DNA from: Gemmatimonadales bacterium
GTDB taxonomy: Bacteria; Gemmatimonadota; Gemmatimonadetes; Gemmatimonadales; GWC2-71-9
Assembly: GCA_041741375.1 (NCBI GenBank)
Contig: JBGSKF010000151.1
Coordinates: forward strand, 696 to 64,695
Length of the DNA: 64,000 nucleotides
Reading direction: 5' to 3'
In this document: piece by piece, positions 9,997 to 20,151 of the stretch
Numbering within the stretch: position 1 is the first letter of the stretch
Layout of the letters: each line of letters opens with the position of its first letter
Translations under genes and position numbers: made by a program
The notes under the pieces: generated by a model
Told to the model about the DNA's origin: nothing
Seen by the model: the letters and a program-made list of their open reading frames with translations, nothing else
Database searches by the model: none

Positions 9997-11654
9997 GCGA
10001 ACGCTCCCGCCTGGTGGAGGTCCTCCAGGTCGTTGACGTCGAGCCAGTGCCCGCTGATATAACAGACCGCGGGCGGGGTGCCGGTGGCCGCGAGGTGTGT
10101 GAGGAGGAACGGGAGATCGAGCCGGGGGAAATCGGGGCGGGACTGAAGCTCCGTCAGAGCCCGCCGGAGGCGCTGCGTGCCCTCACTGCGCGAGCGGACC
10201 ATTCCGACCCACCGGCCATGGGCGGAGACGCCGTTGGATCCCGGGGTCGCGGAGACCCGGAGCAGGGAGACCCGTTGGTCGAAGATCCCTCGATCGTCCG
10301 CGGCGCTGCAGTGGGCCAGATCGCGGTCGAGGTGGCGGTCTCCCGGGCGCACGGAGGAATCGACGACGGTGACCACGTCTCCCTCGGTCTGGAAGAGACG
10401 ATCGAGGATGTAGCTCCGGAAGAGGATGTCGCCATAGAGCAGGAGCACGTCTCCCTCCATGATCTCCAAGGTGCGGGCCAGGGAGGCGAGTTCGCCCGTG
10501 GTGTCATGGTCGGGATTGAGGAGGACGGTGACGCCCGGAATGTCGATGGCCTCGGCGCGCCACCCCCCCACCACGGTGAGGTCGTGCATTCCCTGGCCCT
10601 TCAGGGTGTCCACCATCCGGCGAAGAAGCGGGACACCCGCCACGGGGAGCATCACCTTGGGGCGGTCCTCCGTCACCGCCTCCAGTCCCGCGCCGCGGGT
10701 GGCTCCCAGGATGATGGCCCGGGTGTGTCCGTGTCCGGTGTCCGCATACCGTCGCTCGGCCTCGAGCAACTCGTCGGCGCCTTGCAGCCGGAACACCTCG
10801 TCCACCGGGGCGATGCGGTCCTCCACCGTCACCAGTGTCTCCCGGGCGTGGATTTCCCGCGCGGTCTCCTGCATGGCCCGGATGGAGGAACGCAGCAGAT
10901 GGTTGGCCCAGATGACCACGTTGATGCCGGCCCGGCGGAACACGTCGGTGGGGGTGGAGTAGTACTTGGTGGGCACGATGACGAGGGGAGCGCGACCCGC
11001 CCATTTCCGGGCAAAGTCGAGGATCTCGTCGGGTCGCGAGCTCTTGCTGTGGATGAGGATCGCATCGGCGCCCGCCTGGCGGTAGGCCTCGGCCCGGCGC
11101 AGCGCCTCCGACAGGCCCCACCCGGCGATCAGGGCCTCCACGCGCGCCACCAGGCAGAAGTCCGCGGTGCACTGGCTGTCCTTTCCCGCCTTGATCTTGC
11201 CGCAGAACTCGTCCACATCGGCGAGCGGTTGTCGCTCCCCCCGGATGAAGCTGTTGGTCTTGGGGAACTGCTTGTCCTCGATACAGACACCGGCGATGCC
11301 GCGCTGTTCCAGCTTGCCCACGAGCCGCCGGAGGTTGTTGAAGTTTCCATACCCGGTGTCGCCATCGAGCAGGATGGGGATGGTGGTGGTGTCGGCCATG
11401 AATTCCAGGACATCCACCACCTGGGTCCAGCTCGCCTCGTTGCTGTCCCGCACACCGAGCTGGGCCGAGATCGAGAGCCCGCTGCCCCAGAGGCCGGCAA
11501 AGCCCGCCTCCTCGGCGATCCGGGCGCTGAGTCCGTTGTGGGCCTCCATCAGGAAGTCCAGATCGGGGGAGGTCAGCAGGCGGCGCAGAGCGGCCGCCTT
11601 GCCGGGGGCCTGGCACCGCGGGGCCACGGGAAGGCGAGGCAGGCTGCTGATCAT
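9993..11654 (-). CDS. pepM: phosphoenolpyruvate mutase fused to a C-terminal nucleotidyltransferase (PntC-like) domain
   Basis: Diagnostic EDKxxxxxNS motif ([11 protein letters not shown]) and DGDTG; C-terminal [25 protein letters not shown]-transferase domain. Confidence 0.96.
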   Translation of the reverse strand: MISSLPRLPVAPRCQAPGKAAALRRLLTSPDLDFLMEAHNGLSARIAEEAGFAGLWGSGLSISAQLGVRDSNEASWTQVVDVLEFMADTTTIPILLDGDTGYGNFNNLRRLVGKLEQRGIAGVCIEDKQFPKTNSFIRGERQPLADVDEFCGKIKAGKDSQCTADFCLVARVEALIAGWGLSEALRRAEAYRQAGADAILIHSKSSRPDEILDFARKWAGRAPLVIVPTKYYSTPTDVFRRAGINVVIWANHLLRSSIRAMQETAREIHARETLVTVEDRIAPVDEVFRLQGADELLEAERRYADTGHGHTRAIILGATRGAGLEAVTEDRPKVMLPVAGVPLLRRMVDTLKGQGMHDLTVVGGWRAEAIDIPGVTVLLNPDHDTTGELASLARTLEIMEGDVLLLYGDILFRSYILDRLFQTEGDVVTVVDSSVRPGDRHLDRDLAHCSAADDRGIFDQRVSLLRVSATPGSNGVSAHGRWVGMVRSRSEGTQRLRRALTELQSRPDFPRLDLPFLLTHLAATGTPPAVCYISGHWLDVNDLEDLHQAGAFA

Positions 11655-12466
11655 GGGGAACGCTCCAGCGTGAGGGGCACGATCTCCCGGGATGGCCCAG
11701 GGGTTCCGGGAAGCGAATCAAGGAGGGGGAGAATGGCGGTCCGGGCGCGGGAGACATCCTCCGGGAAATCGATCTCGATCCAGGGAAGACCGGTGATGTC
11801 CTCCGCGCCGAATTCGCCCGAGGGACTCTCGAGGATCAGGTCGCGGAGTACCTCCTCATGCGGCGCTTCTTGTCGGCCCTGGTTGAGGTATCGGCGGGCT
11901 CCCTCCGCCATCCGGCGCGCTCCCGCGGCGGACAATCGGAAAAATCCCACCGACTCTCCCACGGTGTCGTAGCGCAGGTCCGATGCGACCTGTTTGCGGA
12001 ACTCGACGACCTGCCCCTTTCTCTGGCAGACCTTGACCGGCTCCTCCCCCTCGGCGGACGACCGGTCGAACAGGAGGCGTTGCGGGGGGCCCGGTGTGAG
12101 CAGGGGCGCGAGGATGCGACCGTCGCAGAGGACGTCGGCATCCAGGAGGATCGTCTCCTCGCCCGCGGTGAGCCAGGGAGCCGCGGTGTCCAGGCTCACC
12201 ACGCTTCCCTCGCGGAAGCGGGGGTTCCACCGGGTCTCGGGTCGGGGGATGATGTCGAGATGGTCCAGCACCTCCTCAATGGCATGATCGTGCCACCCGG
12301 TCACGATGCCTATCCGGAAGATACCCGCATCGTGCAGCATCCGGAGCTGCCGTTCGAGCAGGGTGTGGCCCCCGAAGGGGAGCAGACACTTGGGGAGTCG
12401 GTCCGCTTCGTCGCCGCCGGAGGAGAGCCGGCGCCCGATGCCCGCGGCGAGGATCACCGCCCTCAC
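11651..12466 (-). CDS. phosphocholine/phosphonate cytidylyltransferase family protein
   Basis: [31 protein letters not shown] and WIEIDFPED; GTG start overlaps the upstream stop. Confidence 0.9.
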   Translation of the reverse strand: MRAVILAAGIGRRLSSGGDEADRLPKCLLPFGGHTLLERQLRMLHDAGIFRIGIVTGWHDHAIEEVLDHLDIIPRPETRWNPRFREGSVVSLDTAAPWLTAGEETILLDADVLCDGRILAPLLTPGPPQRLLFDRSSAEGEEPVKVCQRKGQVVEFRKQVASDLRYDTVGESVGFFRLSAAGARRMAEGARRYLNQGRQEAPHEEVLRDLILESPSGEFGAEDITGLPWIEIDFPEDVSRARTAILPLLDSLPGTPGPSREIVPLTLERSP

Positions 12467-13485
12467 GACGGGACTCCCGGTTCGCCGGGTGTGACGGTGC
12501 ACGGTCGGGCCATCGGAGCGATGGGAGCACGCGTCAGGGCGCGGGCCTCCGTGAACTGCCACACCACGAGGCCCGGGACTCCGAGGGCAAGCTCGCGGAC
12601 CCGCTTGGCAAGCGAGAGGGCGAGGGCCACTCCGGGGTCGATGCCGAGGAGGGAGCCGAGAAAGATGTAGGCGCCCTCCTGGATGCCCAGGGCCCCGGGC
12701 ACGGCGAAGGCCGCGCCGCGCACCGCCTGCCCGAGGCTCTCGAGCACCAGCGCCTCGGTGAGGGAAACGGGGGCTCCCACCAGCCACATCACGAGCCAGA
12801 CCTCTCCCGCTCCGAAAATCCACGCCCCGAAGTGCCACACGCTCGACACGAGGACTCCCCGGCCCCGGCCGTAGACGGCCCGGAGCTCGCGGTCGAGCGA
12901 CTCGGCCCCCCCCAGAAGGCTGGTCCACGCCCGCCCGGTGACCGGAGCGAGGTGCCGCGCCAGGAAGCCGAAGAGACCTCGTCGCTGGACATGCCAGAAG
13001 AGGCCGATGACGAACGCCACGAGCCCGAGCCCCGCGAGAAGAACCGGCAGAGCCCCGGTCGGTCCGATCCGCGTGAGGAGGATCCCGAGGCCCAGGAGCC
13101 CGAAGAACATCTGGGTGCCGGCGGCGACGGTCATGTCCGCGATCACTGTGGCCGCGGCCACCGGTCCCGGGGTGCCCGTGCGGGTCACGAGACGCGCCTT
13201 GGCCACATCGCCCCCGATCTGCGCCACGGGTAGGAGCCCGTTCACCGATTCTCCGATCCAGCGGGTCCACACCAGGGTTCGAAGCGGAGGATGGGGTTGC
13301 GGGAAGAGGGGGCGCCAGGCGATGGCGTCGAGCACGACGATCACCCCATGCAGCACAATCACCAGGAGGAGGCCCCAGCCGGCAGCGCCCAGCGCGGTGA
13401 GCACGACGGTGGTTCCCTGCCACGCCAGGATCCCCGTGAAGAGGGCGAGGCCCAGGAGTCCGGTGGCGAGGGCTGCTTTCCTCAT
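12463..13485 (-). CDS. HpnL-like / lysylphosphatidylglycerol synthase TM (flippase-like) membrane protein
   Basis: Multi-TM protein; RWIGESVNGLLPVAQIGGD and ESLGQAVRGAAFAVPGALGIQEG match the HpnL (TIGR03476)/LPG_synthase_TM pattern. Confidence 0.85.
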   Translation of the reverse strand: MRKAALATGLLGLALFTGILAWQGTTVVLTALGAAGWGLLLVIVLHGVIVVLDAIAWRPLFPQPHPPLRTLVWTRWIGESVNGLLPVAQIGGDVAKARLVTRTGTPGPVAAATVIADMTVAAGTQMFFGLLGLGILLTRIGPTGALPVLLAGLGLVAFVIGLFWHVQRRGLFGFLARHLAPVTGRAWTSLLGGAESLDRELRAVYGRGRGVLVSSVWHFGAWIFGAGEVWLVMWLVGAPVSLTEALVLESLGQAVRGAAFAVPGALGIQEGAYIFLGSLLGIDPGVALALSLAKRVRELALGVPGLVVWQFTEARALTRAPIAPMARPCTVTPGEPGVPS

Positions 13486-14237
13486 GCGGTCTGCTTCCTC
13501 CCGTGGAACACCTGCCGGAATCCGAAATACGCGATGCTGTCCTTCATGTGCGACACGAACCGGTGCCAGGGCGTCATTCGTGGGTCGGTGACGAACTCCA
13601 TGGTGAGGGAGACCCGTCGTTCATCCGGTCCCAGCGGGGTCACCTGATGCCAGACCGTGTCGCCGTTGAAAAAGACCAGGGTGCCCGGGCGAAGGGGAAC
13701 CGAGAGGTCAATGGTGTCCCGGTCGGTGCGGGTGCGATGAAGCTGGCAGTCGAGGGTCGCGGCGGAGTCGTTGACCAGACCGAAGAGCAGGGTGTACCGC
13801 CGGCCGCGGTAGTAGGAGGTGTCGTAGTGCCAGGTGATGTAGTCGCCCGGTTCGGTGTAGTAGTACAGGGCGTAGGTGTGGGGGTCCGATGCGGGGCAGT
13901 CGAGCAGCGTGTCGCCGGTCAGCTCCTGGAGAAAGGCGCGCAGGGCGGGCGACCGGTACAGCTCCGGGATCAGGGGGAAGGCCCGGTCCAGCACATGACG
14001 CCCCACGCTTCCGCCCTTCTTGACCCGGGGGACGAAATTGCGGTGGACCAGGGGATCCAGATCCGGAAGCCGCTCCAGCAGGCGAGTGAGAACCGCAGGG
14101 GGGAGGAAGTCCTCCACCAGGAGAAACTCGCCCTGCTCGGCGAACTGGAGACGGAGGGCTTCGTGATCCAGGGCAGCGAGAGCGGCCCGCAGGTCGGAAT
14201 CGAGCGCAGGCACGGGGGAGGTCGCGGTCGCTGTCAT
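13482..14237 (-). CDS. 2OG-Fe(II) oxygenase (probable phosphonate headgroup hydroxylase)
   Basis: HxD...H facial triad (WHYD...WHQV) and RxS 2-oxoglutarate motif (RRVS). Confidence 0.85.
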   Translation of the reverse strand: MTATATSPVPALDSDLRAALAALDHEALRLQFAEQGEFLLVEDFLPPAVLTRLLERLPDLDPLVHRNFVPRVKKGGSVGRHVLDRAFPLIPELYRSPALRAFLQELTGDTLLDCPASDPHTYALYYYTEPGDYITWHYDTSYYRGRRYTLLFGLVNDSAATLDCQLHRTRTDRDTIDLSVPLRPGTLVFFNGDTVWHQVTPLGPDERRVSLTMEFVTDPRMTPWHRFVSHMKDSIAYFGFRQVFHGRKQTA

Positions 14238-14878
14238 GGATCTCTCGCCGGGGTGGAAGTGGTGCTCAAAGTGGAGGGGGATTCCGGGTGAGGCCGGAGG
14301 CCGAGATACCGGAAGACGAGCCACGCCGCGAAGAGCGGAGCCCCGACCACCGCGGCCAGGAGGAAGGGCTGGAGGGCTCCCCCGAGAACCACGAGGGGGA
14401 GCAGATAGAGGACGTCCTCGATCTCGAACCAGCCGGTGTGGGGGAGGGCGGCCCGCGCGGCTCCGATCCGGCGTTCGATCTCGATGCGGAGCCAGAAGAT
14501 GGCCGAGACCGAGAGCCCGGCCAGGAGTCCGAGCGGGGCCGCCCATTGGTGCAGCCACCCGGAGCGGAGGCCGATCCCGATTCCCAGGAAGACCAGGCCG
14601 TGGACCGCCGCATCGGAGGCCAGATCGTAGACATGGCCGAATCGTGTGATCCGCCCGGTCATCCGGGCCAGTTCCCCGTCCGTGTGGTCGAGCAGGTTGG
14701 AGAGAAAGAAGAGCCACCCGCCGGTCACGACCCAGTGGCCTCCGGCGGCGAAGGCCACGGCGGAGGCGAGCCCGACCACCAGGCGGAGGGTGGTGAGGTG
14801 ACTGGGCGTGACCGGCGTGTGTTGGAGCGGCCGCACCAGCCAGTGGGCCAACCGCGCGTCGAGGGGGCGGGTGCTCAT
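14234..14878 (-). CDS. CDP-alcohol phosphatidyltransferase family protein
   Basis: TPSHLT and DHTDGELAR..T.FGHVYDLASD signature. GAGGG RBS before ATG 14878; alternative start 14974. Confidence 0.9.
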   Translation of the reverse strand: MSTRPLDARLAHWLVRPLQHTPVTPSHLTTLRLVVGLASAVAFAAGGHWVVTGGWLFFLSNLLDHTDGELARMTGRITRFGHVYDLASDAAVHGLVFLGIGIGLRSGWLHQWAAPLGLLAGLSVSAIFWLRIEIERRIGAARAALPHTGWFEIEDVLYLLPLVVLGGALQPFLLAAVVGAPLFAAWLVFRYLGLRPHPESPSTLSTTSTPARDP

Positions 14879-15007
14879 CGCACCCTCGTCGGGAAGGGGA
14901 GGATGTCCGGGCGGCGTGGCCTCGCAGGTCTCATCGGCGGCACAGTCCTTCCGGGTTGTCGGTACACCTGCCATCTCGGTAACGACGGCAGCCCCCGGTT
15001 GGATGTC

Positions 15008-16213
15008 CTAGCGGATGGCGCGGTCCAGGTCCACGCCGGCCAGGGTACAGATGCGGGCGATCGTTTCCCCGATCTTGTTGTTGGGGGTGGAGGCCCCGGC
15101 GGTGACGCCGATGCGGTGCACTCCCCCGAGCCACCCGGTGGCGTCGCGGGTCCGGGTGTCCCCCACGGGCTGAAACTCGATCCGTCCCGTGTCCAGGTCG
15201 ACACATTCGGCGTCGTCGATATGGTAGGTGCGCACCCCGCGCAACTCCGCGAGCTCGGCGAGGTGGCTTGTGTTGGAACTGTTGTACCCCCCCACCACGA
15301 TCATCAGGTCGAGCGGCTCCCGCAGCAACGCCTCCATGGCGTCCTGACGCTCCTGGGTCGCGGAGCAGATGGTGTCGAAGGTGCGGACCCGGGTGCCGAG
15401 TTCCTCCGGCCCGTAAATCCGCCGCATGGTGCCCCGGAACGCGTCGGCGATGGCGAGGGATTCGCCGGACAGCATCGTGGTCTGGTTGGCCAGCCCGATG
15501 TGCTGGAGGTCGTGGGCAAAATCGAAACCGGCGGAAGTGGCTTGGGCAAAGTACTCCTGCAGGGGCGCCGGATCGCCCCTGAATTCCATGAACTCCATCA
15601 CCTGGCGGGCCTCGGCCATGTCCAGAACCACGAGATAGCGGCCCTCAGGGTACTTTTCGACCTGGCTCGCGGTGGCCTTGGTCTCCTCGTGCCAGTGCTT
15701 GCCATGGATGACCGAGGTGAAGCCGTCCCGGGCATAGGCATCCACCCGCTTCCAGACATTGAGAACCGAACCGCAGGTGGTGTCCACCAGAACGCACCCG
15801 ATCGATTGCAGCCGCTGAAAGTCCCGCATCGTCACGCCGAAGGCGGGCAGAATGACGACATCCTCCGCCGTGACGGGGCCAAAATCGAAATCCGCGCCCT
15901 CCGGACGATGCAGGAAATGGATTCCCATCGCCGCCAACCTCCGATTGACATGAGGGTTGTGGATGATCTCCCCCACCAGAAAGAGGCGGCGGTCCGGAAA
16001 CTTGGTGCGGGTCTCGTACGCGTAGTCCACGGCGCGATCCACACCGTAGCAGAACCCGAATTCCCGGGCGAGGTGGAAGGTCAGGTGATCCACGGAGAGG
16101 GTGTACTCGTTCGCTCGCAACGCATCAATGACAGCGCTGTGGTAGTCGGCGGCCAACTGGTCCTGAATGGTTCCCTTCAGGCCGAAGCCCCGGCGGAAGT
16201 AGGTGGTCCCCAT
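15008..16213 (-). CDS. ispH: 4-hydroxy-3-methylbut-2-enyl diphosphate reductase (long form)
   Basis: FGFCYGV, EIIHNP, DTTC, HEET, NQTT, DTICSAT, SSNT and TAGASTP motifs. Confidence 0.95.
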   Translation of the reverse strand: MGTTYFRRGFGLKGTIQDQLAADYHSAVIDALRANEYTLSVDHLTFHLAREFGFCYGVDRAVDYAYETRTKFPDRRLFLVGEIIHNPHVNRRLAAMGIHFLHRPEGADFDFGPVTAEDVVILPAFGVTMRDFQRLQSIGCVLVDTTCGSVLNVWKRVDAYARDGFTSVIHGKHWHEETKATASQVEKYPEGRYLVVLDMAEARQVMEFMEFRGDPAPLQEYFAQATSAGFDFAHDLQHIGLANQTTMLSGESLAIADAFRGTMRRIYGPEELGTRVRTFDTICSATQERQDAMEALLREPLDLMIVVGGYNSSNTSHLAELAELRGVRTYHIDDAECVDLDTGRIEFQPVGDTRTRDATGWLGGVHRIGVTAGASTPNNKIGETIARICTLAGVDLDRAIR

Positions 16214-16471
16214 GGATCGGAGCATATCGCTCTCCGGGTGAGGGCGAAAGGGGCGTAAGTTAAGCAGCAGACACACGGGGTAGGACCGGCGGATGTCGTG
16301 ACGCGACCTGCGGGCGCGGTCTGGACGCCGGATTGAACCGCGGTGTAATTTGCGACCCCCGCGAAGGGGAGGAAGGAACCCGCGCATGAGGAGGGATGGC
16401 CAGGTGATCCGTCGCACGAGCGTGTGGCATCCAACGGAACGGATCCTGCCCGGTCTCGGGAAGGGCTCCGG

Positions 16472-19279
16472 ATGATCTCCCGGCCACTGCGGCGGGGACT
16501 CGATGCCGCGATGCGCTGGCCCGGCCGCACGCTCCGGGGGGCCGCGGTGGTCACCGCCGTGGCCCTCGGCTTCGGCTCCCAAGTCGAACTCCGCACCAGC
16601 CGACAGGATCTGGCCCCGCCGGATGAACCCGCCGAACAACGGTGGCAGAGATTTCTGGCCGAGAAGCCGATCGCCAATGTGCTGGTGGCGGTCGTGGAAA
16701 CGGTGCCGGGAACGCCCTTCTCCGCCTCACACCTTCGGCGGGTCACGGATCAGCTGGCCTTGTCCTTCGCCGAGGACTCCCTGGCCGGGAGCGTCTTCCA
16801 CCGCACCGACCTCGCCTGGTTCGAGCGTCACGCGCTCCACGCCGCTCCTCCCGCCGCGATCACCGAGATCGTCTCGGCACTCGGGGAGGAGGGCATGCTC
16901 CGGCGCCTGGTCGAGGGAGGGGGACTCGTCGCGCTCAACGAGGGCCTGGCCGATGCCCTCGGCTCTGGGGCGCGCCACGCCGAGGCCCCCGACGACGACG
17001 CGGCTCGGTCGCTGGGCACCGTGGTGCAGATTCTGAGGTTTGAACAGCGCTTCCTGACCGACCCCGAATCGGTCACCCGGAGGATGGACTCGGACGCGCC
17101 TCTCCTCTCCCTGGTCAGCGCGGTGGCGCAAGGCGACGCGGGCGGGCTTCCCCCGGGCTATGTCGGCAGCCGCGACGGCACCCGGATGTTCCTCACCATC
17201 ACTCCGGCATCCTCGGCGGATGACCTCCCCGTGTTGATGCGCTTTGTCGGTGCCATGCGGGCTCGGGCTGATCGGGTGATGGCGGAGAATCCCGGGTTCC
17301 GGGTGGCCTTTACCGGTCAGGCCGCGCTCTCCGTGGACGAGATGGCCCTGGTCCAACGCGACGCGACGCGGTCATCGATTCTGGCCGCCGTCGGGGTGGC
17401 CCTCCTGATCCTCGTGGCCTTCCGATGGCGCACGCATGCCGTGCTGGCCTTCACCGCGCTGCTGGCGGGTCTGATCTGGACCTTCGGAGTCGTGTGGTTT
17501 GCCCCGGGGTACCTCAACCTGATCACCACTGCCGTGATTCCCACGCTCCTGGGCGTGGGCGTGGCCTTCGGAATTCATCCCGTCTCGGAGTATGAACTGG
17601 ATCCCGGGAGCGACACTGGATCAGAACAGGCTCTGCAGAGTGCCTTCCGTGCGACCCTGATTCCGGTGACCGTGTCCGCCCTCACCACGGCCGCGGCTTT
17701 CTTCGCCATCCTGCTGATCCCGTTCCGCGGGTTTGCGGAACTGGGGCTCGTGGCGGGTCTCGGCGTGCTGCTCTGCCTCCTGGCCGCGTTCACGGTGCTT
17801 CCCTCACTCATGATCGCCCATGGCCGACGGACTCGTTCCCGGGCAACCCGTCTCGCCGGGTCCCCGCCTGCGCCCACGGCACCCTTCGATCGGGTCTGGT
17901 CTCGGGGTGCCGCCGCAGCGGTGTCGCGCTACCCGCGCCTCGTGGTGCTGATGGCCGGGGGTGTCACCGCAGTGCTGGCATGGGGAGTGCTCCGTGTGCG
18001 GTTCGATCCCGACCTGATGGGGCTGCTGCCCCGGGAGGCGGAAGCCGTGAGGTACCAGGAGCTGATCGCACGGACCTCGGATCTCTCCCCCTTCTTTGCC
18101 GTGGTCGAGGCGGATTCCCTGACGGAATTGCGCACCCTGAGGACCCGGGCCGACGAGGATCCGGCCATCGGACGATTCGAGTCGATCCTCGATGTGATCC
18201 CCGCGGACACCTTGGCCGCCGCCGCCACGATGACAACTCTTCGGGACGCGCTCGGGACGGTTCGGGCCAATCCCTCCGCGCCATCCCTGGACAGGGAGGC
18301 GCTCCTCCGCTCGCTGGAACGGCTCGAAGGAGCACTCGATCGCGCGGCCGAGGATGCATTCGGGACCGGCAGGGCCGAGCTGGCTGCCGTGCTGGAGGAG
18401 GCTCGCGAGGCGGCGGCCGCTGCGGGGACCGAGATGCAGAACGGGCGACATTCCGAGGACGGTGTCCTGGAGACGGAGTGGGACACGCTGCACCGGTGGA
18501 TCGGGAGTGCGCTGGCAAGTGTGCGCGCCGCGGCGGAGAACGGTGCCCCCACGCTCGCCGGACTCCCCCCCGAACTGCGGGCACGCTATGTCATCGGAAA
18601 GGATCGTCTGCTGGCCTATCTCCATCCACGGCATGAGGAGGGGACCGGCACCTTCAGCGCGGATCAGGGGCCTCGGTTTGCCGAGGCGGCACTCGGCGTG
18701 TCCCCCGATGCCACCGGGTTTCCGATTGTTTTCCAACGGATGACGGCACGAATCACCGAGGGTTTCTATGAAGCCGTTGCGGTCGGTGGTCTGCTGGTGA
18801 TGGTGATCCTGTTGGCCCATTTTCGAAGCGTGTCCGCCTCCCTCCTGGCGGGCATGCCGCTCATGCTGGGCATCCTCTGGACCCTCGGTGTCCAGGGGTG
18901 GCTCGACATCCCGTTCAACTTCGCCAATCTGGTGGCGATCCCCCTGGTGATCGGGGTCGGCATCGATGATGGAGTCCATCTGGTGCATCGCGCTCGTCTT
19001 CCCGGTATGATGACCGTCCATGCCGCCCTGCTGAGTTCCGGCCGGGCCATTCTCATCACCTCCCTGGCCACGGTGGCGGGATTCGGAAGCCTCATCTTCT
19101 CTGCCCATCGGGGGATGGCCAGCCTCGGCACCCTCCTCGTCATCGGTGTCCTGGCCTGTCTGGTGGCCTCGATCGTTGTTCTGCCCAACCTGCTGGTGCT
19201 GACCCGCGGGTGGCGCCGCTCCGGGGAGACGGCCGGGCCCGGTGTGGTCCTGGACATGATGGAGGGGGTGGGGAAGTGA
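16472..19279 (+). CDS. hpnN: MMPL/RND family transporter, HpnN/BstA-like
   Basis: Two MMPL repeats with large periplasmic loops; FRGFAELG, NFANLVAIPLVIGVGIDDGVH and HRGMASLG; first gene of the shc operon. Confidence 0.85.
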   Translation: MISRPLRRGLDAAMRWPGRTLRGAAVVTAVALGFGSQVELRTSRQDLAPPDEPAEQRWQRFLAEKPIANVLVAVVETVPGTPFSASHLRRVTDQLALSFAEDSLAGSVFHRTDLAWFERHALHAAPPAAITEIVSALGEEGMLRRLVEGGGLVALNEGLADALGSGARHAEAPDDDAARSLGTVVQILRFEQRFLTDPESVTRRMDSDAPLLSLVSAVAQGDAGGLPPGYVGSRDGTRMFLTITPASSADDLPVLMRFVGAMRARADRVMAENPGFRVAFTGQAALSVDEMALVQRDATRSSILAAVGVALLILVAFRWRTHAVLAFTALLAGLIWTFGVVWFAPGYLNLITTAVIPTLLGVGVAFGIHPVSEYELDPGSDTGSEQALQSAFRATLIPVTVSALTTAAAFFAILLIPFRGFAELGLVAGLGVLLCLLAAFTVLPSLMIAHGRRTRSRATRLAGSPPAPTAPFDRVWSRGAAAAVSRYPRLVVLMAGGVTAVLAWGVLRVRFDPDLMGLLPREAEAVRYQELIARTSDLSPFFAVVEADSLTELRTLRTRADEDPAIGRFESILDVIPADTLAAAATMTTLRDALGTVRANPSAPSLDREALLRSLERLEGALDRAAEDAFGTGRAELAAVLEEAREAAAAAGTEMQNGRHSEDGVLETEWDTLHRWIGSALASVRAAAENGAPTLAGLPPELRARYVIGKDRLLAYLHPRHEEGTGTFSADQGPRFAEAALGVSPDATGFPIVFQRMTARITEGFYEAVAVGGLLVMVILLAHFRSVSASLLAGMPLMLGILWTLGVQGWLDIPFNFANLVAIPLVIGVGIDDGVHLVHRARLPGMMTVHAALLSSGRAILITSLATVAGFGSLIFSAHRGMASLGTLLVIGVLACLVASIVVLPNLLVLTRGWRRSGETAGPGVVLDMMEGVGK

Positions 19280-20151
19280 TGCTGATGAGATGTGGGGTTC
19301 TCGGGGCGATGCTCTGCCTCCCATGGACTGTCGGAGCGGCGCAAACCGCCGGCCCGCGCACACTCGTCGTGTGTGCACCGGGACATCCGGGCACCGCTCT
19401 GCAGGCCGAACCCACGCTCCGGGCATTGGCGCGAGCCCTTGCCGCCGTGGGTGCCTGGTCCGGTGACACGGTCCGGACAACCTTCTGTGAAAGCGCGGAG
19501 GAAGGAGTGCGTCAGGTGAGAGCGTCGACCGTGGCGGCCGCACTCGTCTCCCTGCCCTTCTATCTGGCCCATGCAGGGGAGTTGGGCCTCCGAGCCGTGG
19601 CGGTTCCGGTCACCTCCGTGGGGGCTCGGGCTCCGTGGGTTCTCGTGGCAGGTCAGGGTCGTGTGCGCCGTCCCGCGGACCTGGTTGGATGGACGGTGTC
19701 CAGCAGGGCAGGGTACGCCCCGAGTGTGGTGGAGGCCCTGGTGGCCACTGCGTGGGGGCGTCTCCCGGCGGGGGTCGGGGTCACCTTCATACCCCGGTCG
19801 TTGTCGGCACTGCGCCGGTCCGCGGCCGGCGACCCGGTGGCGGTTCTGCTCGACGGTGAGGAGGCGGCTGCCCTGAAGGCGCTCCCCTTCGCCAGTCGGT
19901 TGGAGGAGGTGTTCCGTTCCGATTCGCTTCCCCTCTCGGTTCTTGCCGTGGTCGATCGGAATGGTGTGGGTGACGCGGAAGCGAGCTGGGACCGGGACCT
20001 CGTGGAACCCCTGCTGAGGCTCCACCGATCCCCCGGGGGAGCCGCAGTTCTGAAGGAGATGCGGATCGAGCGCTTCGAACGTCTGAGCCCGCGAGACCAG
20101 GCGCAGCTCGAGCGGTGGCCCGGTTCTTCCTCGACTCCGCGCCCTCGATGA
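19279..20151 (+). CDS. periplasmic PhnD/transferrin-like substrate-binding protein (BstB-like, putative)
   Basis: Signal peptide, 'LVVCAPGHPGT..AEP' N-terminus and binding-protein-like size; coupled to the transporter and the TPR lipoprotein. Fold is inferred. Confidence 0.55.
   Translation: MLMRCGVLGAMLCLPWTVGAAQTAGPRTLVVCAPGHPGTALQAEPTLRALARALAAVGAWSGDTVRTTFCESAEEGVRQVRASTVAAALVSLPFYLAHAGELGLRAVAVPVTSVGARAPWVLVAGQGRVRRPADLVGWTVSSRAGYAPSVVEALVATAWGRLPAGVGVTFIPRSLSALRRSAAGDPVAVLLDGEEAAALKALPFASRLEEVFRSDSLPLSVLAVVDRNGVGDAEASWDRDLVEPLLRLHRSPGGAAVLKEMRIERFERLSPRDQAQLERWPGSSSTPRPR

Noticed and set aside
13482-14237. BesD/SyrB2-type halogenase
   Set aside because: It retains the HxD carboxylate; halogenases have HxG or HxA.
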